A stretch of DNA of 64,000 nt from Lama glama. Lineage: Eukaryota. The stretch is from positions 58,034,001 through 58,098,000 of the forward strand of contig CM052817.1 of assembly GCA_028534125.1 (NCBI GenBank), given 5' to 3'. Shown here piece by piece: positions 52,113-64,000 of this stretch. Positions within the stretch are counted from its first letter, which is position 1; each line of letters starts with the position of its first letter. Position numbers and translations under genes: made by a program. The notes under the pieces were generated by a model, which searched no databases, had not been told where the DNA came from, and saw only the letters and a program-made list of their open reading frames with translations.

Positions 52113-53929
52113 CTTTCTATTACTTGAGTGGAACACTTTTGATAAAAATGTTGAAGAAATCAACCACTGACCCCTAAATATTGAAAGTAACTTGTATTCA
52201 GAGGGAAGGGAGAAAAAGAAAGGAGGTTAAAAATGACCAAAAATGACTGATCAAGCCAAGAGATTACAAAAATACGGATAATGTCTTATATTGAGTGAAT
52301 CTTGGCAAGCCTCTAGACACTGTAGCTCAGTCTTGTTTTCAGGGTTGATTCAACTTATGTGCTTAGAAGTAATTTATCAAGAGGTATAAAATAAGAACTC
52401 ACTGATCTGGGATGAGAGTCTACAACAGAAATATTTTTCTCTAAAATATTTTTAAAATATTCTTTTTGATAATATTGGTTTGCAAGATCTAAGAAGGTAG
52501 AAAACTTTAAATCAATTTCTTTGGAGATTTTTTTACTAAGAACAAAAATATCACAAACCTATCAAATTATGTCAGTACTTTATAGGCTATACTAAACTAA
52601 ACATAATTTTTAAAAGTCTTAAAAAATGTTTCTTTGAAAAACTTGATTTTCAAAGAAATGATTTCACCCTAATTAATTAATTAGAGGATCTTCCTAAGAC
52701 AAAGATAAGACATTATAATTTATCACACCAATATGGTTTTTTAACCACAAACTTCTCCTTTAAATATTAAACATATAATGAAAATTATTTTTAGCTTGCA
52801 CTTAAAACCTAACACCCGCAATTTAATTTTAAAAAATTGAAGGAGAAAATGAAAACTTGGGTATTATATATGATACATTAAGGTCTTATGCATTTTTTTC
52901 AATGCATCATTTTCTTTTAATATGAGAAAGATATCTACAAATACCAAACATTGTGAAAGCTGTATTTGAAAATGTAAAGAATAGCTTTTGAAACTATAGT
53001 TTAAAGGAAGCCCAAAGTCAACACACGCAAATACCATGTATACACACCCCAATAATTTTTCCTCTTGCATTTTAGCTTCAAACCTCATTTATTAAAAGTG
53101 ACTTTTATAGAAAACTATCCCTTTGCATTATTTACAATTTCTATGTGGGTTCTTCTTTGATTTAGATTTTTTACAACCTGATAATGATACTCTTGTAAGT
53201 GGGGCTGAGAGAATTAATTTAAGGAAATTATTAATTCTGGAGCATGAACAGATTATTCAGAAAACATTCATGTTTCAACAGTATGGAAGTGACAGGGGAA
53301 TTGAGGCAGGAAGTTAAGCATGCAAGAGGATTGTAAAACACCCTTCCTTTGTCCCCGATTCTGACCCTATGCTAACCGCTCCTAGAATAATGGCAGAGAA
53401 AGGCTGACTCCCAAACTCACAAAGCCTTACTTCCTGAAAGGAGCAACTTTCTCATAGCCCACTCCTACCTCTTGTTGAATTGTTCCACCTCTGGTCAATA
53501 TGTTGATCGTGACTTTCTTCCGTGACAACTCAGTGCTGGGATTCCATTATCATGAGGTAGGGAGGAAAATGCTTTTCATCTCAAATGCTTGGGAATGGTA
53601 AAACTATTCTCACTGGAGTATGTTGGTTTCCTAAAAGTTATCATTTTATCACTGTGCAAATTTTCTTAATTACATTATGAACTACACATGCATTTATGTT
53701 TGTATATGTGATTTAGGATAAATGATGCTTAGATGAGTCAGCTCCTTTCAAATTTATCTCAGATTTCAAATATCTACACTAGTTATAGGTAAAAACAAAA
53801 GATGTTCATTTTCATTATCAACAAATTTTCCTTTATATGCATACCTTCATTATGAGTTAAATTGATTCTAAAAAATAAATCCCTGAATTAAAAAAAAAAA
53901 GAAAATATAATGCTTTTCACAAATAGGAA

Positions 53930-54160
53930 ACATAGTGTAGTGATTTGGAATCAAACTGATCTGTATTTAGTTCCATTTACTAGCTGTGAGCCTTCAGCAA
54001 GTTATTTGAATTGTTTTCTCAGCTATAAAATGGCAATAACATCATTTGTACTTCATAGGTCTATGTTCTGAATAAAATAAAACAATGCATATAAGTTAGT
54101 AGCCATCATGTTTGTCAAACAGTAAGCATTCAGTAAATATTAGCTATTTTTGTTATTATG
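53930..54160 (+). mobile_element. MIR SINE
   Basis: 'ccatttactagctgtgagccttcagcaagtta...tttctcagctataaaatggcaataa...agtaagcattcagtaaatattagctat'. Confidence 0.75.
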
Positions 54161-57100
54161 TAAGAATTATTTAAGTCTGTATATGGAACAGGAAGAAAAA
54201 GTGAGCAATGGATACATTAAAAATATATGTGATGAATGTATTTACTTTGCTTTTTATTGACCTCAGTTTCTAAATTGGGAAATTTTTGATGATAAAACAA
54301 AGGCTTTATGGATCTGGAAGGGGGAGAGTGAGTTAGCCTCAGACTGAAGTCTCAGGGATTATCACACTACACTCCTGATTGTGGAAAGGTCTCTGGCTTA
54401 ATTTAGGCCTGACCCTGCTTAAAGTTTAAAATGGGATAATTTTCCTCAGTTTTCCTGAATTTAATATTTGCCTAAACTGTTGAACAAATGAATGAGGATA
54501 AAATTGTTTTATGTAAAAGCAACTGCTTCATAGTCGTATATACTGTATAAATAATTCATGCTAAATTCAGAAACTTAATATACAAATAAAACAATAATCT
54601 TATTGATTTAATATAATCTGTAGTGGAAGGAAAAATTAATTTCACTTGGAAAGGATGTGAGGAAGGTGTAATTAATGTAATGACCTTCCCATTATGTACT
54701 CCAAATGAACCATAAATCAATATGTTATGTAGAAAACTGGAAAGATCTGGTATGAGCAATGTTTTCTTCCCAAACAATAGCCAATTAAGATGAAATTAAA
54801 AACATGTGTATAATGAAAAAATTCATATTATTTAATATCTCCAAATTTAGGTTTTCACAAATACGATTCCATATATGTTCACTAAGTACCTTGATTCATT
54901 TAATTTTACCTTTTCAATAGTTCTAAAAGCTACATTCATGGACTGAAATTTTGAGGAAAAAAATAAATATCATTGTAATCATTGTTGATTTAAAAAATCG
55001 TAAAAAATAGAAATGGATCTTTCTTTCATGAATGTTACCCCTGAAAATCTCCAATATTGATTGTTATTTTTGATATAATATGTCCCTTTTTTTTTTTTTT
55101 TTTTACAAAAAGAGAGACCTGGGAAGTAAGGGCTGACTGGAGCCTGGAGCCACCTCAGACTGGAATCCCAGCGGAGGAAAAGGCTGATGGGGCCATTCCA
55201 TTATGGAACCTGAAGTGGGAAAGGTGACCTTCCACTTTCTGGTGGTGTAATTCTGGTGACTGGATGGCAAATTTTGGGAATTATACCTTTAATCTGCACA
55301 TTGGTGCCTCAGTTCTGGCAAGAGACTGTTGCCACAATTGAGGAAAACAGTGGCTTTCTATCCTTTCACCACAAAGGCCATGTGCATGTCAGTCATAAAG
55401 AAGCCAGATGGGAACGAGATGAAACACCATTTCTCACTAAAGAAAAACCTGAACATTTTATGAATTTCATTTATTCAGCTCCTCAAATTATGCATTTTTC
55501 TCATTCATTCACTCATTTTTATCCATTCATTCACTAAAATGCATCAAATCTTCCTGACTGCCTTGTACTGGAACCCTACTTAACCCTACTGGAAGTATTA
55601 GTTCATTTAATATCTAGGATAGCAGATAAACTCCTCTAAGTTTCTGGAGGTTTTCTAATTCCTATAGTGCCAGCAAGCAATTATATTCGCTCAAAACTCC
55701 CAGCGTTTTCCTAAGGGTCTTTGAGTTCTTAGTAGGATTTAAGAAGACTACTGTAGATTCTCTGATTTCCAGTATTCATCTAAACAGAGACTTGGAGAGT
55801 AGCTTTTGTGAATAGATATGATCCTTCACAAATCTTGGTTACATTTTTATCCAGAAGTGATAATTCAGCATTCTCATTAGAAGGGAGGTTTGGTTAGGGC
55901 ATAATGTTGGACCAGGAAGAGTGGGACTAACATCAAGGCTAACCTGTGACTTTCCAGCATGAAACCCATCAGTGCACAGTAGTGGGAGAGGAGTTATGCC
56001 TTCTAGGGACTGCTGGGTTAGAAGACCTCTAGAAAATAACTAGCTGCAAACTCTCCTGCTCCTTTGACCAGGATCCCTAATTTGTAGTGTGCCCAGCTCA
56101 GGTGAATGTTGTAGTTCTTTATTTATTTATATTTAGGGTAGCTCCTGTTCCCTTATAGTTTTGTTCTTTTTCAGTATTTATATTTATACAACATTTAGGA
56201 AAAATTGAGAGGAAATAAAAAGGAAGTTAAAAGTAACAAAGTGGGGGAAACTGTATGTTTTACAGGCCCTTATAAACTAGACGTCTTGTTTGTGATTAAG
56301 AGAGAGAGAGAAAGAGCCCAGGAGACCAAGAGAAGGAGAAAAGATAATATGAGAGTGGATGGGCCTGGCAGTGAGAGAAGGGCTGGCAGAGATAAGAGAG
56401 ATGATTGAGATCTGAAAAGCACTTTTATCTGCTTTTTTGAATTCTCTAATTTTTTCATTCAGTGTGCAGAGCCATACAGTTTTGCAAAATTTGTTGAGTT
56501 TGGCAAATATTCCAAATAAGGATGGCCAGATACAGTATTCAAGGTCACTTTTCCCATACTCTATTCTGACTGCTGAAATTAGCTAGAATGCTAATAGAAG
56601 AGCAGTTTTCAGGATTGACTGAGGCACTACAATTACCATTCTTTCTAACAAAGCCCTTGTTTCCTGATGTTCAGACCAGTGAAAATGAGGTTATCTTTAA
56701 GTTTATCCTTCTCCAATTTAAAGGAAGACTATGTCATCGAATGGAAAGGCAGGTCTCCTTTAGTCTTTTTAAAAAATATGTATACTTAGATTACTTCCCT
56801 ACTTAATTTTTATGACATGCATACATCTCTGATAAAGTAAAACACTAAAGGATCAAAAGAACTTCATGTTATGTTTATTATTAACATTTATTGAAGTAGG
56901 GAAAAAAAAAACAACTAGAAACACCATATTCTTGGTCTAGGGTTAATAAGTTCTTCAAAATAGGTTGCTAACTGTCATATTACTTAATCATCAGCTTAGT
57001 GAAATTCCTGCCCTTCGCATTTTTATACAACTTTACTACAGCATGATTAAATGATAAACATTATCAATTGACAATACTATGAACCAAATTCAATTTCATG

Positions 57101-57899
57101 TCAGATGTTTTCCTTTTCACCTCTCTTTAACTTACCAAACTTCAACCTCACTTGAGCCCCATTCAAGCTTAGCAGGAAGCTACATCTTCTGAATTTGAGT
57201 CTTGCTTCCACAGATTTCGTAACCTCTTTAATATCTCTCACACCTGGCTGTGATGGCTTAATGGAATAGCATATGCTAGCTCTTTTTCTCAATCAAGCAA
57301 CCTGTTTTAACTAAAACATACTCTGCCTATTATTTCTCAATTTTTATCTCTACTAACATCCTTGCAGCCGCTGTGTGGAAAAAGGCGGCAAAAACTCCAG
57401 AAGAAATTGTTGTTTTCCTTTGGAGTGCTTATGCTAGATTATAAATTCTATAAAGCCAATTCTAAGTGACATAAAACAGAGAAAAGCACTTAAATATATA
57501 TTTAGAAAGAAAGAAGTACAAAAATAGGTATTTATGGAAACTATTAATATTGCCATCATTATAAATAGCTGCAATTATCTTCTGCTAAAGGCAAAAAGTG
57601 AGTCAAATGCAAATGATCAGCTCCTGCTCCATCCCCGCCCCCCACCATCCCACTCCCACACATACTAAGCTGTCTTCACAGGGTGACCTCCACCTCAGTT
57701 TCTACTCATGCCTTTTAGAAACCAGACAAGATATTGCTGATGGTTAAACAGGTCCTATTTAGGTTCAACCTGAAACATTAGCACAAATGCAAAAAGACTT
57801 CTGGAATCTTGATTTTAAAGGTAACTTTCTGCTTTTTAAAAATGTGCACATATTCATACCAGACTGGAAAAGGATGAATTGATGTCATGTATGTATTAT

Positions 57900-57930
57900 A
57901 ACAACAACAACAACAACAATAACAATAATA
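57900..57930 (+). repeat. (AAC)n/(AAT)n microsatellite
   Basis: Directly visible. Confidence 0.9.
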
Positions 57931-59599
57931 GAAACCACTTAAAATTCCACTTGTACACTCAGTGATACAATTTATTCTGGCATAATTCAGTGTTCCTTAT
58001 TTATTGTAAAAGCCACAAATTCAGTCTACGTTTTCATCATGAACATCTTTTCTTTAAGCCTTTATATTTTAAAATGTATTTTACTACCTTAAGTTTAATT
58101 GTGATGAAATTTTAACTTAACACTATGAAGGTTTGTTAATTACAAATTCTTTCTGAAGGCAGCTGGTTATGTCTCTGCAATTTATAGTCTTTTAAACGTA
58201 CTCCGATCAGCTTTACCATATATAATTATGCAGCTTAAAAGTAATTTGTAATAATCATAGTTCTAAGATAATCTTGTATTTTAGATATGAAAGTAGTAAC
58301 ATTCAAACTACATCACTAATATTACTTGGAATGAATTTCAAAAACTACATTACTCATTCACTTTTTTACTTTAATATTGTCGTCATACAGATCACACAAA
58401 GGATTTTTTCGTTCGAGGCCAGTCTTTAAATTCAACAGCTAGTAGATTAAAAGGCTATTGGGGGTTGGGAGGAGGGCTGAATATAGGACTGAACAGAAGC
58501 TCAGACAGAGAAAAAAAAACACTTCCTGTGTCTAACAAATAAACAGTGCATGATCTCATATGTACCTCAAGACAACTCACTAAGACGTCTATTGAATAGA
58601 CAATGAACAACTTTAACTGTAATCCTATGGAATTCACTGTGGCTGTTTTAATAGTTGTGGCAATTTCACTTGGAGTAAATACATACACACACATAAAGAA
58701 TTAGAAGCTTTTCTATATGTATTGTGTTAATATAGGTGAAATAGCTGTCAATTTAAGATAGGGCGCTTTAAGCAACATATAGTGATGTGTGAAAAATTAT
58801 TTTTCTTCCACTGGCTTCAGATAAAGTCAAAAGACTTTATCTATGATAAGCAGATTTTTAAACAAAGAGTTATGAAAATGAAGGCATATGCAGGAACCAT
58901 TTTCTTTTAGATATCTTTTCAGTGTTTCAAATTGGCTTTTATTTCCTAGTCATTTCTATGATATTTACACTCAGGTAGCTGAATCAGCAAAGGGGTTATT
59001 AGAACAGACTAGTAATGGAAATGATTTGCTCAGGGACCCCTGGCAGTAAAGGCTTCAGTACAGCGGTGCAATGCTGAATGATTTGCATGCCAGTGGGGCG
59101 AGGATACTACAATTCTATGTTCTTCATTTCCCCCGCTTCCTACTTCTGTTACTGCAGGTGGAAATAGACCCACTGAAACTTACAACTGAGATAGAGAATT
59201 ATTAGTTTTCACATAAACTCTTTAAGCCTCTATGGAACAATATTTTCTAGCCTTTATAAACACCCAGGAACAATTGTCCTGCCTCTGATGTATAAATTGT
59301 GTTGAATTTTTAATTTTCCTAATAATGTCAGAGTACATGGTGGGCATATTCTGGGATGCTGTAAATATCTTAGATTAAAAGGAAATGCTTTTGTTCTAAC
59401 ATCAAGAATAAATATGCCATTTAAATAGAAAGTGGTCAGTGAACCAGAAAAGGGAAAACACATGGAAGCATAAAACAAATTGTTTGAAGTTTATTCTTCC
59501 CCTAGACCAGTAAGCTCCAAACACATTGACCTAGTTCCTGTTCTTCTTACTTAGGCATATAGCAGACTTGTTTCCATCTTAGAGTCTCTAAATTTGCTG

Positions 59600-59925
59600 T
59601 AGCTGGCTCCTCCTTGTCATTCAGACCTCAAATTAAATACACTTTCAAAGAGTCCTTTCCTCTCACACCCAAACCAAAGTCACCCAATCATGCCCTAATA
59701 TTTTGCTTTCTTGACCTCATAGCATTTCATGAAATCATCTTATGTGTTTGTTTACTCATTTCTTATCTCTCTGCTTTCCCGCCCTACCCCATTCTTCTGA
59801 CTAGAAAGTAAACTCCAGGAAAGCAAGAGTCCTACCTTCCTTGTCCACTGTTTTATCTCCAATCTGGTCTTAGAATAGTGATTGACAAATCCTAGGTGTT
59901 CAATAAATATTTATTGAGTAGTTGG
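59600..59925 (+). mobile_element. L2 3' end
   Basis: 'tcattcagacctcaaattaaat...actagaaagtaaactccagga...taggtgttcaataaatatttattga'. Confidence 0.8.
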
Positions 59926-60124
59926 AAACATGTTTCTTCTTAACAGATGTTATGTTTAGAAAATAAAGCTAGCTATATTCTGGCAAATGCCAAAAAATAA
60001 TGTGATTCACGTTTTTCACTACTTACTTATGTTAGAAAGGGTAATTTGGAGTTCTACATATTTAGTTGCACAGTTAGAGAAATTTATATATTTATTGATT
60101 TAGCAATTTAGCTTTAGTGCGTAT

Positions 60125-60375
60125 TAATAACAAGATACCATATACTGACTACTTGTTTAGGTACTGTGCTGAACACTCTCATGCCCTCTTATTTAATTCC
60201 TTCGTACACCCAGTGACAGTACAGGCTGTAACTACTGTCATTTTATGTATGTGGAAGCTGAGGACTCGCGAGGTAACTAGCTCACCCAAAGTTGCTCTGC
60301 TGATTAAATGTGAAGCACGGATTTGATGCCAGTTCTGCAGAATCTGCAAAACCAGTGATCTCAATCACTACGTGT
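60125..60375 (-). mobile_element. MIR SINE
   Basis: 'cattttatgtatgtggaagctgaggactcgcgaggtaactagctcacccaaag...ggatttga'. Confidence 0.75.
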
Positions 60376-61552
60376 ATGGCCTCTTCTTGGATGTTATGCC
60401 TGTATTTCTTTCCCTTATTTACACAATAGGGCCATATTTTTTGATTTTTCATAAGATGTGCCCTCTATTTAAGCAACAGGGTATATGATCCCTCCCACCA
60501 CCCCTCTGTTTTCAGTTTTGGTTATTGTTTTGTTTTGTTAAGGTAGAGATGTGCAGTATCTAAACATACCTTTTTTTTCTTTTAACCAAGGTGAGGATAG
60601 TTTGTGATTATAGAATGTGAAAGGAAGTAATTCAGATGGTGACTCTCTTTCTTTGATGGCAGTAGAATGCTGCCTAAGCAGCCAATATTCCCTGATAAAC
60701 TCTGTCTGGTATATTACATTATCCTATGGGAAAATGTTCTAAGAATTTGGAGGCAGGCTTTCTGATGTTGTAAATAGTGTACTTATCAACTGTTAGCTTA
60801 ATTCTTACAGAGTTACATGCTTAACCCAGTCAAGGAATTAATAAGGGCAGAGTCCATCCTGTGCTTGGTTTTACTTCAAAATGTATTTATTTTGGTTAAG
60901 ACATTAGAAGAACTAACACAGTATCCACCATATGAGTAAGGTCTCAGCTGAAGGAAGTCAATCATAATGACAAAGAGATAGAAATAGGAGCGGGAGGAAT
61001 GGTAACAAGAAGAAGAAAGAGGAGTAGCAGAAGGAAGAGAAGAGCATATGCTATTGAAAGTATAGAAAACAAAGAAATATTTTATTTATTCTTAAAAACA
61101 GTTGCTTCACTTTTTTTTATGTCAAGGAGTCCTTTCCCCTGAAAAGCATTATATAGAGGTATTTGTATACCTCTGCTATATATTCTGCAAAAGAATTAAA
61201 TACTTGCAGTTACCTGAATTAAACACCTATAATGCCTTAAATTTTTTAAGTTAAGGAATAAGAGAAACACCTTTAGTGAGTGATGTCTCCCCAAAATGTT
61301 ATGTATACTGATACGATTCTACAGGTTTTGTAGAGTGCTAAATAGAACAACATTTAGGGACATAAATTCATGCAGATTGTTGAGGCATAACTTGCTATTG
61401 CCCTGGAGATATAAAACCACTCTCATTTTAAATTTATTTTTGTTAATGAACACATTTTTAATATTCTATATGCTTCAGCACTTATGTTTTCCTTTAAAAA
61501 ATATTTTTCAAGAAGTAGTTAATCATCTAGGCTCTAGGCATACTTTTCCTAG

Positions 61553-61662
61553 GAGAACTGAACATTAACACAGTGAGCATAGATGTACCTTCATTAGAAG
61601 AAAAATATCAAAGTGAACAGATAACAGAAGAATCAGTTTCATGCCCTGAACTGGAAGAGCAG
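61553..61662 (+). CDS. Candidate internal coding exon of an unidentified gene: (x)ELNINTVSIDVPSLEEKYQSEQITEESVSCPELEEQ
   Basis: Acceptor tacttttcctag|GA; consensus donor CAG|gtgagt; 110 nt, open in a phase 1 to phase 0 frame; GAA-rich; not in a recognisable repeat. Confidence 0.55.
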
Positions 61663-62869
61663 GTGAGTCATATTATTGCAAATAATATATTAATAAATGT
61701 CCAGATACATTAATGTCCATATAAATAGCATTAATCTGGACATTATAATATAAGAAAAAAGTGAAATTTTTTGTGGGTAACTAATGCTTTATCTGTATGA
61801 TCTGATTTTATCAGGCTGTGGTATTCTTAAAAGATCTAAGTTAATGTATAATCCTTAAAAATTTAGATATGAATCTCATTTAAGCAGATGCTCATTGTTT
61901 ATAGTTGATGCTCATATGTGCTTATATATAAAACATGTAGACTTTTAGAGATTTTATAACTTGACATCAGAATGTCAAAAAGTTCAAACACCTATCTTTC
62001 TTTAGGTGAATCTTTAGGAGAAGGAATTTCCCAAGTGTGTGCTTGCTCTAAGCAATCAGTAACACCCTGACCTATATTTTGAGGCTGTTGTTTTATGCAG
62101 GATATGAACAAAAATAGAACTGCCTCAAAAAAAATTATGACGTATAAAAATATTGAGTGAAATATGCACATTAGCATCACATTTGAGTACAGGAAAATTG
62201 ATTCAATTTAAACTTGATGATTGTCTGCTTCTAATTTGCGTCCCCCAAGTAGCAGCCCCAGGGTTTGCACCAAATGTATAATTTAAACAACTTTTCCATC
62301 ATACAATGCTTCTGCAAAACAGTACATTATCTTCTCCATTTAGGCATTTTACTTGAACACAGGATTTCAAAACCAAAAAATTAATGTTTTGATGTAAGCA
62401 ACTAAATACAAAATTAAATAAATTACAAATTGACCAGAAAATTGTGTTTTTCCTCACCTATCGAGCCTCAAGGAAAAAGAGAAATTACAGAACTGTAATA
62501 TTTTATTTTTATTGTTTCCGATAATATGTATCCACAGTGTTATTTTCCATGAGCAGAGATTCTCAAATATATAAGTGGCATAAATATTTTCCATATTGTC
62601 CATATGAATCTGGAAGAACATTTAAGACTTCTGAGTGGTCCATTGCATCTTATTTTAAATTAGTAATAAAAATAAAAAAATAAAATGTACAGTTTCATAC
62701 ATTTAATGTTTATTGAAATAATACTTCCAAATACAAGGTTATTCAAATACTAGAAAATTAACAAATATTTATTAAACACAAAGAATAAAATAATCTTTTT
62801 GCTGCCATTTGCCTAACGAAGTTTATCTAGTAAAACAAGATAATTTTTAGAACTCAGGCCAGACACTAA

Positions 62870-63200
62870 CATTTGATAGAATTCCTTCCCTGATAACCCA
62901 GCCCTTAAATCTGGATTATTCATACCTATATTAAATCATACAAAACATTCCATTTTGCACTTGCTATGCCCTTTTCACAAAGTTTAGTAACTGTCTATTT
63001 ATTTGTCTTTCCTATTAGATCCTCAGCTCTTTGGACTGTAACTTTTATTTCTCTATCTCCATACTTTAGCACTCTGCCTAGCACATTGCCAAGGTTTAAT
63101 TAAAGTTTGTGAATATTTCATTATTCACCTTTGTATCTAGCTGCTGGCACATAGTAGACACTCAATAAATATTTGTGGACTGAATGAATAAATGAATGAA
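62870..63200 (+). mobile_element. L2 3' end(s)
   Basis: 'ctggcacatagtagacactcaataaatatttgtggactgaatgaataaatgaatgaa' is the canonical L2 tail. Confidence 0.8.
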
Positions 63201-63444
63201 TGCCATCTGCTTTTAGAATTACTGTGAAGACACATTTCTCAATTACCACATGCCTCATAAATACTGAGATTAATTAGGAAAAAAATCCCATACAAAATCT
63301 TTTAAAAGTGTGTATAAAATGACAAGAATTGTTTTTATTGTTCAGGATAGTCAGTGAAGGTCATGTTGAAACCCTTTCTGTCCCCTGATTTATTTCTTGT
63401 ATGTGCTTCTGTCATTGAATTGATGACTTGATACTTTTATTCGT

Positions 63445-64000
63445 GATTTATTCTGCATTTAACAAATATTTACTGAGGGTCACTCTATGCAAGGCATTCC
63501 TCTAAAGACAGGGTGGCAGAGGGGTAGGGAAGAAACATCCTTGTCCTCATTATCTTTTATTATTCTGGGGAGGGGAACAGACATATATAAGAATACATAT
63601 AATAATACACATTGGTTTAGAGATAAATACTAAGGAGAAATAAAGCAGACAAGGGGCCCAGAAGTGGATGTGAGCATGTGTGGAGTGTGGAATTACTGTT
63701 TTAGACAAAATGGCCAGAGAAAGTGTCATTGAAGTGACATTTGAGCTAGTCTGAAAGAAAGTAAGGAAGTTCTCCTGCATGCATCCAGGAAGAGAATGCA
63801 CAGAGACAAATGCAACAGAAAAACAGTAGTGGTGGTACAGGATCAAGATTGCGGGCAGGGGTTATGACATGAAGGGCCTATAGACCATTCTTTTACTCTC
63901 GGTGAGATGGGACGCCATCGTAGGATTTTGAGCAAAACAGTGGCATGATCTGACTTTGATTTTAACATGCTAGTTCTGTTTTGAGGCTATACTGCGAGGG
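63445..64000 (-). mobile_element. L2 3' region
   Basis: 'catttaacaaatatttactgag...tatgcaaggca...gaagtgacatttgagc...ggattttgagcaaaacagtggcatgatctgactt'. Confidence 0.8.

Noticed and set aside
59158..59205. Strong plus-strand acceptor followed by VEIDPLKLTTEIENY*
   Set aside because: No donor before the stop and no other support for a terminal exon.
1..64000. CRISPR array, operon or prokaryotic defence system
   Set aside because: No regularly spaced repeat-spacer structure and no gene-dense coding; the repeat content is mammalian.

Overview
This is AT-rich, CpG-depleted mammalian genomic DNA, intronic or intergenic in character. Two tRNA-Ala-derived SINEs with the tail typical of the Tylopoda Vic-1 family suggest a camelid (camel, alpaca or llama). 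Most recognisable features are degraded transposable elements: L1, L2, MIR, MaLR/ERV LTRs, hAT MITEs, and an ERV-L (HERV16-like) pro/pol remnant with its LTR. No long intact ORF, prokaryotic gene, rRNA, true tRNA or CRISPR array is visible, and nearly all ORFs in the track are chance or repeat-derived. Non-repeat signals are: a small CpG-island promoter at ~23.85-24.2 kb containing a 27-codon Arg/Cys/His-rich micro-ORF; a second promoter-like motif cluster at ~42.3-42.4 kb bracketed by a 25-bp direct repeat; one plausible plus-strand coding exon (61553-61662); and several weaker candidate exons on both strands. I could not identify the host gene(s) and see no strong evidence for a new biological system. 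Repeat names and boundaries come from recalled consensus motifs and are approximate.
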